A stretch of 64,000 bases of DNA from positions 108,936,001 to 109,000,000 of the forward strand of contig NW_024704742.1 in assembly GCF_018977255.1 (NCBI RefSeq), in the 5' to 3' direction. Every line of letters begins with the position of its first letter. Position 1 is the first letter of the stretch. A program made the position numbers and the translations under genes. The DNA is from Callorhinchus milii (lineage: Eukaryota). Of this stretch, positions 38,831 to 49,914 are shown in pieces. The notes under the pieces are model-generated. The model saw only the letters and a program-made list of their open reading frames with translations, was not told the origin of the DNA and made no database searches.

Positions 38831-39654
38831 TTGATTCATGACTATTTAAATTGAGAACTGTCACCAAACATTTACACACAACCAAGTTGTTGTTTCATAC
38901 GTTTCTAGCTGTTTAATATGTTTCTAACAAGTGTTCAAAAATAACAAATTGCATCAAACACGTCTCTTCTATGCATTCTGAACACGCTTACAATTAATGT
39001 TCTGGGTAGTTTTTAAAACTTGAAAATTACTATTTTAAAAACTAAAACTAGATTTCATTTTTCAAATTTAATGTGGAGTATTATTACCCTGCCCCCTCTT
39101 TATTCCAGTGAGCCTGCCAGACCCATAAGATTCTATAGGAACTGCCAAGGGCTATAACAAGTATACTTGGGCCAAAAATCCATTTGTTTATTAATCCAAT
39201 ATGGCGTTAACTTTCCTTGTCAGTAAACTACATGGCACTGTGGTAGTTAATTTCTTTCTATGGGTTTTTGGTTTACCACAAAACAAAAATAGACCAAAAT
39301 AATCATCACAAAGAGTGATTTTAATACGCATTTTTTCTAGTACAGTATGTGCTGTTTGTTCATGATATACAGGGAAAGAGAAATTGATGCTGTGAAACTT
39401 CAGGTATTTGTTGTTCTTCATGTGCATGTAGGATCTGAATTAATGAGGCAGTGGGAGATGATTGGATTGTCTTCCTTCATGATTATGGTGGATCATCTAG
39501 CTTCTATAGTACATACTTGGTCCAGCAATTATTGCCATCCTCCAGAATGGAGATAGCAGATAACCAGAACCTGAAAGTTCAGGGAAATGCCAAACAAAAT
39601 TCATTACATTTTTTTGCACGAGGAATAGTACTGTGAACTTGTGTTTCAAATAAA

Positions 39655-41752
39655 TATAACATAACATGTAGGAGAAGGAGTAGGCCATTCGGCCCTTCGA
39701 GCCTGCCCCGCCATTCAATCATGGCTGATCTTCTAATTTAACTCCAGCTAATAACCTGACCCTGCCTTATCCCCATATCCCTTAATACCTTTTGCAATAA
39801 GAAATCTATCTATCTCAGTCTTGAATATGTTCAAGAACTGAGCGTCAACAGCCCTTTGGGGTAGCGAGTTCCATAAATTCACCACCCTTTGAGTGAAGAA
39901 GTTCTTCCTCAACTCAGTGCGAAAGGGCTGGCCTCTGATTTTAAGGTTGTGACCCCTGGTTTTAGTTTCTCCAACCAGGGGAAACAATCTCCCACTATCT
40001 ACTCTATCATGCCCTTTGATGATCTTATAGGTTTCTATAAGATCCCCTCTAATTCTTCTATATTCTAGAGAATATAGGCTCAAATTGGTCAGCCTATCCT
40101 CGTTACTCATCCCCTTCATCCCTGGTACTAACCTAGTAAATCTACGCTGCACCCCCTCCCAGGCAAGTACATCCTTCCTTAAATAAGGAGACCAAAACTG
40201 GACTCTGTATTCCAGATGTGGTCTCACCAGGGCCCTATACAGTTGCAGCAAGACTTCCCTCCTCTTATATTCTAATCCTTTCATAATGAATGCTAACATA
40301 CCATTCACCTTCCTAATTGCTGCTGCCCCTGCAGACTAACTTTCTGTGATTGGTGTACAAGGACACCCAAGTCCCTCTGGACACTAACACATTCTAATCT
40401 CTCCCCTTCTAAAAAATAACCCGCTCTATTGTTTTTGCTACCTAGGTGGATGACTTCGGACTTCCCTATATTATACGTCATCTGCCGCCTATCTGCCCAA
40501 TCACCTAACCTATCTATGTCTCGCTGCATTTTTTTAATGTCATCCTCTGTGTTGACACTTCCTCCTAGTTTTGTGTCATCCGCGAATTTAGATATATTAA
40601 CTTTGATGTCCTCATCTAGATCGTTGATGTAGATGGTAAATAGCTGAGGCCCAAGGACTGATCCTTGTGGCACTCCACTCGTCACATCCCGCCAATCTGA
40701 AAAAGGACCCGTTTATCCCTACTCTTTGTTTCCTACCGTTAACCATTCCCCAATCCACGTTAATATGCTCCCCCCAATTCCATGGGCCCTTATCTTTTGG
40801 ACTAACCTTTTATGCGGCACCTTATCGAATGCCTTCTGGAAGTCCAAATAAACCACATCCACTGATTCACCCGTATCTAGTTTACTCGAAATATCCTCAA
40901 AAAATTCTATGAGATTTGTCAAATATGACTTCCCTTTTGTAAAGCCATGTTGACTTGGCCTAATTATATTGTGCTCCCCTAAATACCACATCCTTAATCA
41001 ATGATTCTAAATTTTTTCTTATCACTGACGTGAGACTCACTGGCCTATAGTTCCACATCTTTTCCTTTCCACCTTTTTTAAATAGTGGTGTGACATTTGC
41101 GATCTTCCAATCCATGGGGATTGTTCCAGAATCCAAGGAATTTTGGAAGATCAGACACAAGGCCTCCACTATCTCATAAGCTATCTCTTTTAAAACCCTG
41201 GGGTGCAAGTCATCCGGACCAGGGAATTTGTCACTTTTTAGTGCTAACAGTTTCCCTAGCACCAATTCTCTACTAATGAAAATTTCCCTAAGTTGCTCCT
41301 TGTCCTTATCCCCTTGGTGCATCTCTATTGTTGGCAGACTAGGCTGTGTCTTCTAGGGTGAAGACAGATGCAAAGTACCCATTTAGGGACTCTGCCATGT
41401 CCTTATCCCCCATTACAACTTCTCTCGTCTCTGACTGAAGTGGAGCTACAATGAGTTTTTTAGTTTTTTTTTGCTGGTTTCTAAAACTCTCCCAATCTTC
41501 AGATTTGCTGCCTTTCTTGGCAGTTTTATAAGCTTTTTCTTTTAATTTGATGCTTTCTCTAACTGCTCTAGTTAGCCACGGGTGAATTGCTTTCCCTGTG
41601 GTACTCTTATTCCGCAAGGGAATATACGACCACTGAGAATTTTGTACTACATCCTTAAATATTTGCCACTGTTGATCTACATTTTTACCTCTTAATCTTA
41701 TTCTCCAGTCTATTTTACCTAAATCTTTCCTCATACCTACAAAATTAGCCCT
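39655..41752 (-). mobile_element. CR1 LINE, 5'-truncated ~2.1 kb, frameshifted ORF2 (RT domain)
   Basis: PGPDDLHPRVLKE, WKIANVTPLFKKG..NYRPVSLTS, YLDFQKAFDKVPH, GVPQGSVLGP, KFADDTKL, YRALVRPHLEY..QFWSP, split across frames. Confidence 0.96.
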
Positions 41753-42538
41753 ATAAGCTATCTGTACTGCTTACTGCCCTAAAATAACTGATTAGTAGCA
41801 TGTATTGGAGTATTAATCCTGCCCATTATGTGCATTCAATTAATTTTTCTCCCCTCTCTTGGAGGTTGTTTTGATTCCCATCGTTTCCCTCTTGCAGATG
41901 TATGATGCCTGAATGTCCTTTATTCACATACAAGGGGTTATTAAACAACGGGGTAATACAGCTGAGGCCATTCTTGTCCTTTCCCAGTTAGGATCTCTAA
42001 CACAATCAGGAATAAGATTCCTGACTGTTTTTCCTCCTCCTCTCTTCTTCCCTAATGCAGGAGCACTGAGCCCAATTGTGCATCCTAACAGCTGTCCCGG
42101 ACCAACCAGTCAGCTCTGCTTTCATGATTATTAGGGAAGAAAGATGCTGGGAGAATCTGAAGTCCTTGTTGAAGACCAAAATGGGTATTTTTGTTCAAAT
42201 TGATTCAACCAGATACGCTGGGAGTAAAAATAAAGGTGGTCACTGAATACCATTTTGGTGTTCATCTCTAATCTAGGTTCTCTAATGCACTATCTTTGAG
42301 GAACCTTATTTTATGATAAACCTGGAAGTGTTTTCTGCGTTCATTGTTGTATAATGAATAACTATTTATAATCTGAAACTAAATTACATTCTTGGGAAAC
42401 TGATTAACATTATTACTGTATTAATAAAGTGTGTGTTTATGTTGGGATATGTGATGATAATGTGCTTATCTCAACATGAATATAATGGTGTGGTCTCTTT
42501 TTCATGTCATTTAGAAGTTGTTTTTGTGCCATTTCTAG

Positions 42539-42798
42539 GTAAGCGAGTGCAGATTCGTAAACCAGCACCAGGCATCTCAGACGCTGTACCTGAACGGAAA
42601 CGGTCAACCCCCATTAACCCTGCAAATACATTAAGGAAGTGCAATACAAACAACAGTGTTTCCCAGCGATCGTATAGAGAGAGAGTGATCCACCTATTGG
42701 TACTAAAACCCTTCAAGAAGCCAGAGCTACTGGCCCGATTACAGAAAGATGGTGTTAGTCAGAAAGACAAGAACTCTCTTGGACCAATTCTGCAACAG
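42539..42798 (+). CDS. ELL2: ELL2 coding exon 5 (260 nt)
   Basis: tttctag|GT...CAG|gtcagt; KRVQIRKPAPGISDAVPERKRSTPINPANTLRK...RERVIHLLVLKPFKKPELLARLQKDG...LQQ. Confidence 0.96.
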
Positions 42799-43443
42799 GT
42801 CAGTAATGGCTGACATGGTTTTCATTTCCTCTGCTCTCCTAACTAGTTTTAAAAAAAATTGACTTTACTGTTGTTTCTCCCTCACCCTGCTCTTTACCTA
42901 TTCTTTTTCTTAGACTATATTTTGTGATATATTTGCTTGAATATACTTAGAAGTATTGCAGCCTTAGTAATATAGCTTCTTAAATGTAATTCTCAAAACA
43001 AGGCAATCAAAAAAGTTGATAAATAAGTTTGTCCAATTTATTCTTTATGATGACCCATTAATGCCCTTTTATGATTTAACCTTGTGTTTGTAGTGAATAA
43101 ATAATTGGGTGTCTGAAGCCAGCTAGTCCTGATTTGTATATTGATTCTGTGTTCAGTTCCTGTTTTAAATATCAGACTTAGTATTTTAGGAACATGGGAA
43201 CAGGAGGAGGCCATTCACCCCTTTTAATTCTAACTCGCTCTCTTATCTCCATGCCATTTAATACCCTTTAATAATCTTTTGGGTTCTTTTCTCTCTCTGT
43301 CGCGCTCTCTCTCTGTCCCGCTCTTTCTCTGTCCCACTCTCTCCTCCTTTTAAATGTTCCAATTGATTCTGCCTGTATGGTTCTTTTTGGCAGTGCTTTC
43401 ATATTTTGCACATTACATGATATTTACCTTGATGTGTAGTGTA

Positions 43444-43990
43444 GCCTCCCCAACTCTTCCCTCCACAAGCTGCAGATCATCCAGAACTCTGCACCTCGTG
43501 CCCTCTCCCGCACCAGGTTTCGTGACTCCCATCACCCCCATCCTCACCCGACTCCACTGGCGCCCCGTCCCTCAGAGGATAGAATTCAAAATCCTCGTCC
43601 TTACTTTCACGGTCCTCCGCGGCTTTGCCCCCTCCTACATCTCTGGCTTGCTGACCCCCTATCAACCTGTCCACTCCCTCTGCTCAGCAGGCTCCGGCCT
43701 GCTCCAGATGTCCCGCCTAACCCGCCCTACCATCAGCGGCTGGGCTTTTAGCCTCTGCCCCCACTCTTTCGAACTCATCCCACAATCCCTTTGCCTTGCT
43801 CATTCTCCTGCCTCCTTCAAGGCACGAATCAAGACCTTCCTTTTTGACTGTGCCTTCAGCTGCCCTCCAACCCCCTCTGCCCTCCCTCATCCCAAACTCC
43901 ACGCTCAAGTCCTGATCCCTGACTATTCAGCGCCTTGGGACATCCTCCCGACTTGAAAGACACTTTACAAATGTGATTTTGTTGTTGTAG
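43444..43990 (+). mobile_element. L2 LINE 3' fragment
   Basis: [23 protein letters not shown]; tail with (ttg)n. Confidence 0.92.
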
Positions 43991-44014
43991 TAGTGACTAT
44001 TTTGTAGGCAAACA

Positions 44015-44298
44015 GATAGCCAATTTGCACACAGCAATGTCATACAAACTGCCACAAAATGAATAACATTTTATCTGGAGGATTGTTGGTGAAATCTTTA
44101 GCATCCACCTGAAAAAGCAGACGGTATCTCAGTTTAACATCTCCTCAAAGCATGGCGCCTCCAACAATATAGTGTTCCCCAGCACTGCTTTGAAGTATAA
44201 GCATAAACTGGTTTACGAGCCAAAATCCCAACATGGGTCTTGAAACCATCATTTCTTGTCAAGAAGTCAGAGTGCTACCTGCTGAGTCAGACTGATAT
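44015..44298 (-). mobile_element. Old Deu-like SINE
   Basis: catccacctgaaaaagcagacggtatctcagtttaacatctc (reverse complement of the Deu-like core) and tRNA-like head agagtgctacctgctgag. Confidence 0.65.
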
Positions 44299-46554
44299 CT
44301 AGATCTGACATATTCCTATACATGAACTTGTACTGTACTGGAACAACTTTTTAACAAATAAACTGGCAGTTGTGGGCCTGGGGCTATACTGACAGCTACT
44401 GGCTCTGCGTGTTGGTTAAGTTCTCTCAACCACACGTAGCCCCAGAAGACTCGTGTCGACATAGTTACCATGGATATACAGTCACTCAGCTCTTTTCTCT
44501 TGGATTGAAGATATATCAGGAGTATAATATAGATATGCTGTTTGTTTCTCTTGTCTTCTGGATTCAAACTTTAGAATTATAACAAGAAAATGCTGAGTAA
44601 CTAATCGTTTTATGAGCTTTTTGCTTTGTATATTAGGCATATGATGCATTCCTGAACAATGTTTGCAGGGTCATAGCTACTGTAGTGTAACTTTATCCCA
44701 TTCTGTAAGCATGCAACACTAACTAGGTTTTAACCATGTTTGGAAGTGCTGCAAGAGAGGCCTTTGGAACCACAGTATAGTGTAGCCTTGTCTGACTTCA
44801 GCACAACTATCCTATATGCTGCTACTGCTTACTGCTCAGTCAAAGTGCTACCATAAGTATTTTAGTTTATTTACAGTCAAAGTAGTTTCACTGATGGTTG
44901 CAATAATATTGTAAAAGAATAAGATGCTATTTCTGATAAATTGAATAGGACCCCAATGCGTTTGGAACTGGTTGTGTGGAAAAGATCATATTTCCCTAAA
45001 TATATTTATTGCTTTCTCTTTACTATGAACTTTTTTTTCCTATTCTGCCTAAATTCCACTTAAAATTTTAATTGAAATTGCTTTCCATATTGATTTTAAT
45101 CCAGACATTATTTTCTTTATTTAGCTTCAAACATATGGTTATATATCATAAATATTTATATTTTATAAATAAATACAAAAGTCACTTTATTCAATGTTTT
45201 GTTGCTTGGGTTGACTCTGACAAATGTGTAAAACTAAAGTATAATTGGAGTATGACAGCTACTATAGGATTCTGATTCTTTTATGAGATCTATAATATTC
45301 AAAATATTTTACACTGAGGTTTGGCTTTTAACACAATATGCTTTGCTGTCCACACTGGAAGTTTCTACACTGAGTTTGCCAGTGTAGAAATTTCAATGGA
45401 GGTCAGTTATTTTATTGCTTTGGCAAGTTGAAAAAAAAAAACAGGTCAGCAGCTGCAAGTAACCACTTTCTTATCAATATTTTTATAGTTAATAAAGAGG
45501 AGTGCTTCTTTTTTTTCTAATAATAATAATCCTTGATATGGCAACTTTTCATGTTGTCAAAATGTCCCAAAGCACTTCACATGGTGTTTACTGTGAAGTG
45601 TAGCAATTGCACATTTGTAGGCATGTATTTTTAGCCTCTCGATCAGGCATCATTCTATGGCTGAAAGGACTGACCACCTGCTTTCAGTTCTCTGTCAATT
45701 AATGTTTCGTGGGATGTAGATTTTCTAGATTTATTTTGGAATGGGGGACATATAGAAAGAAAAAAAGCTTGCAGGTTTGCAGTTCATAACTTCCTACATG
45801 AAAATACCTCAAAACCCTTTAAAGTATTTGCAGTCAAGTATACTGGCTGGCAAACAAGAGCCATTTTGTGAACAGTAAGTATCCACTAACAGTCAAGAGG
45901 TGAATGACCAATTAATCAGGATGATTGTTGGCCAGAACACTGGGAAAAAAATACCCTTCTCATTATGAACAGTTTCATGGGATCCATATAGTCCAGCTGA
46001 ACAGGCAGACAGGACCTCAGTTTAACATTAAACTGTAGTCTTGTCTGACTGTTGAAATGGATGTTCAAGATCCCATAACACTATTTGAAAAGATAATGGA
46101 GTTGCTTCCAGTTTCCTAGTCCACAGTCCCCTAGATATAATTAGCCATTCACTTCATGACTCTGGAATATTGCTGTGTGGAAATTTGCCCACAAATAAAG
46201 TCATCTACACTTTACAGTAAAATATTTTGAAGCGTTTGATGCATCTCAGTGATGTGATAAGGCAATATGTTAAATGCAAGATTTATTATTACCCATTGAT
46301 CAATGGATCCACCATTTGGAGGTGTAAAGCTTGAGCAGCAAGTAAAGCAAGTAAACATTTTAAAAAGACAATATGGCAAATCTAAAAAAAATTCTGTAAG
46401 TAATATTACCACGTGTTTTAAGATGCTTTATACACATTGGGATTTTGTTGCTATATTTTCTGTAGTTCTACTTGAACCTCAAATCTATAGATTGGAGTTG
46501 ATTTTAACTGGAATATAATGCTGGCAATTTTATTAATTAAATAAATACTTCTTG

Positions 46555-46920
46555 AGTTTGATATTGACCCTATCCATGTCAAAGTCTGAAAGCACTTTGC
46601 AGGATTTTATTGTAAAGTGCAACACCTAGTTTGTGCACAGCAATGTCCCACAAATAGTTATGAATTGAATAATCAATTTTATCTAAAGGAGTTGTGGCTA
46701 GAGCGCCAAGAGAAACTCCCTTCTCTTTTTAAATCGTGTCATGAGACCTCAGTTTAAAATCTTGGCAAATTATGGCACCTTTAACAATGCAGCATACCAC
46801 CATCCCAGCACTATATTGGAGTGTCAGCATAGACTGAATTCAAACTTTCGACGTGGAGCTTGAACCTACAACCTTCTGAATCAGAGGTGAGATTTCTACC
46901 AACTGAACCAGGCTGATGTC
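46555..46920 (-). mobile_element. Old Deu-like SINE
   Basis: tail, Deu-like core and head cttgaacctacaaccttctgaatcagaggtgaga..ctaccaactga; further fragments at ~45790-46290, 47800-47970, 49430-49680. Confidence 0.65.
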
Positions 46921-47699
46921 CATTTACATTAATTAAAAAGATAGAAATAGAAGCCTACTAAACTCCAAATAAATCTGTGTTGCAAAATGTGTAAACCATC
47001 GCAATGTTTTCTTTAAAAAAATTCAGAATGCAAAGCTATCCACTACGACTAAAACAGATTTGAAATATAAATTTGATTGAAAAACATGTCTTCACAAGTG
47101 AATAACTTATTTCTACCATAGCCTACTTGCAATCCTAATTTGCATGATAACTGATTAATATTAAATTAACCTTTTTTAAACATGAATATTTATTTATTGC
47201 TACCAGTCCCTGGAATTCTACCGATGCTGCTCAAAGGTGGGGAATCTGCCCCTCATTCCTAAATGTTTTGGTACACTGGCACCTATGGCTTTTTGAGAAT
47301 GCAGCATTAGCAGATTGGAAGGAGTGGCATAAAGCCACAGGCAGTGAAGCTACAATTTCAAGCAAATACGATTTGCTACCAGAGTAAATACAGATAAACG
47401 CCTGCACATTACCAGGAACATGTTGCTATCTGGAGGTGAGTTTGGGACTGTCAAATGAGGAAGGTTTGGGCTATAATAACAAAATAATCCTTACATTTGA
47501 TTTAGCACTTTATCACATCAAAAATCTCAAAGCATTTAAAGTTTTTTTTGTAAAGTGTAGTGACTGTTTTTAGAATTGAATGCAGCATTCAGTTTGTGCC
47601 TGGCAATGTCCCATAGACATCTATGAAATGAATAACTGGAGAATTGTTGGCCAGAGTATTGGGAGAAACATTTTCTATTTGAAAAGCAATGTGCTTTCT

Positions 47700-47731
<32 letters not shown>

Positions 47732-48514
47732 CCTTGCATTTCATATAGCAACTTACCATGTCTTCGAGACTTCTCAAAGTGCTTCACAGAATAAAAGTGA
47801 ATGTTCACCTGAACAGGCAGACGGGACCTCCGTTTAACATTTTATCCAAGGGACGCACTTCAACAATGCAGCACTCCCAATGCACACAAAAATGCTGCAC
47901 TGGGATGTCAGCTCCCAGACAATGTGTTCAAAGTCCCCAACACAGGACTCAAACCCACAACCTTCTGACCCAGTTATTGTCCACCAGCAAAATTTAAATT
48001 GCTTCAAAGCTGCAATAGAGGACGAAATCAGGCAAGAACTAACTGAGTACTCAAATGGGTTTAAAGGGGCAAACAGACCAAAGTGACAAAAGCTTCAGTG
48101 AGATGCAACACTGTGCAGAGACCCTGAACCAGAAGCCTCCTATGTGTCTGCTTGTTAATATCTTAAACATTGTTGTATTGGAACTCTTCACTGTGTTTTT
48201 ACAATGTATTTTTTCAGTAAGCACAAAGTTCCTCCCAAGAGCACATTTATGTGTCGCATTTCAATAGTTATACTTAAATTTAATATTCTGAGTTTACAAG
48301 GGCACCTCCTGAAGCAGGTTTCCTTCCTCTTGTCTGTAGAACCAGTTTGTTTGGAGACTAAGCTTTATTTTAAAAGAATAGCCTCTACTAAGTATTTGCT
48401 GTATTTTAACAATACAGCATTGAGAATTCAGAATTGAATCTGAAAACAATTTCACTGGTGCAGATGAAGTAATTTACATTTAAATGGAATGACCTACATC
48501 AATGGTGTGTCACC

Positions 48515-48897
48515 CTGGCCCAGTTGGTAGCACTATAGCCTCTTGAGTCAGAAGGTTGTGGGTTCAATATAATAACCCATATAATTTAGTGCAGTACTGG
48601 GTTGTGTGTCATTATTGGAAGTGCCTGACTTCAGATGAGACGTTAAACTGTGGTTCCATCTGCCATCCAGGTAATTGGACGTCCTCCTGATGCGAAAGGC
48701 GCCATACAAATGTAATTTGTTGTTGTTGTTGTTAAAGCCAACAATAAAATTGGCTGCACACTCCATGGCTGTTTGAAGGACATTGCTATGCCCACAAAAT
48801 ATACAGTCACGCCACTTTACTGTAATGTGAAGTGCTTTAAGATGTTTTGACTGTGTGATAAGGTGCTAAATCAAATGCAAAATATATTATTGTTATT
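48515..48897 (+). mobile_element. Old Deu-like SINE interrupted by an L2 tail (48677-48733)
   Basis: cagttggtagcact..gagtcagaaggttgtgggttcaa head; cagatgagacgttaaac core. Confidence 0.68.
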
Positions 48898-49187
48898 AGT
48901 GTATTCTGAGATTTATGAATTGACTGTTTTGCTGCTCAGTTCTGGAACTGTGTTCCAACAAATACTGTCAGCAAGTAGCCAGTTGTTGCTGTTATTTTTA
49001 TAGTTGCTTCTTTCAATAAATATTTAAATAATATTATAGTTCACTTTCATGGATCATTTTTGATCTTTTGCTCATATCAACACTTAATGGACCTTGTTTA
49101 CAACAACACATTCTCGAATGAAATTAATCTGGAATGAGTTTAATTTACTTGTAAATGTCTCCTCAGCATTTTTTTTCATTTTGATAG

Positions 49188-49312
49188 GTGGCTAATATAA
49201 ATCCCAAAGACAATTCGTACACTGTGAAGGATTTTGTGTATAAGGAGGTTCAAAGGGACTGGCCTGGCTACTCTGAAGACGACCGCCAGCTGTTTGACCG
49301 TGTGGTTGCCAG
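49188..49312 (+). CDS. ELL2: ELL2 coding exon 6 (125 nt)
   Basis: ttgatag|GTG...GCCAG|gtaaaa; VANINPKDNSYTVKDFVYKEVQRDWPGYSEDDRQLFDRVVAR. Confidence 0.96.
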
Positions 49313-49914
49313 GTAAAACCAAGCTTGCAATGATTATTGTTAGATTGCGTGACCAGAGCTAATTAGGTTTTTGGAAATCATCCAGAAATTTGACAAGTTG
49401 AAACGTTGAATTGCACTCTGTTAAATAATAATCTATGCATTCGATTTTGCACCTTTCACGTCAGGAGGACAAAACAAATAGCCATGGATGACCAATTTTA
49501 TCCGGGGCATATTTGCCAGATCACTGGGAGGAAAACTCTCTTCTCTTTTCAAATAATGACATGAGATCTTTACCATCCACCTGAACAGGCAGAGAGGATC
49601 TCAGTTTAACAACTCATCTTAAGGACAGCACCTCCAACAATGCTGCACACCCCCAGCACTATATTGGAACTTCAGCTCATAATTATTCTTCCTTACCACA
49701 AATCCAGTAAGGGAAATAATTTGGGGCTCTAGTGCAGTATAGGAGGTTTGGTGTTTCTTTGTTGTGTATTGCTAAGTCATACTGCAGTGGTTTTGGGAGC
49801 ATTAGTTGCCTCCATCGTGCCATATAAGCATTACAGTATGTGTCTGAGGATCAACCGATTATATTTTCTGCATTTTGAGTTTTCTGTTCATGTTCAGTCC
49901 TGAATTCAAAACTC

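Noticed and set aside
39748..41734. Possible active retrotransposon or RT operon
   Set aside because: One 5'-truncated CR1 ORF2 broken by several frameshifts and an internal deletion
49165..49187. Alternative upstream acceptor for exon 6
   Set aside because: It would add in-frame stops (TGA TAG) and more likely overlaps the branch-point region
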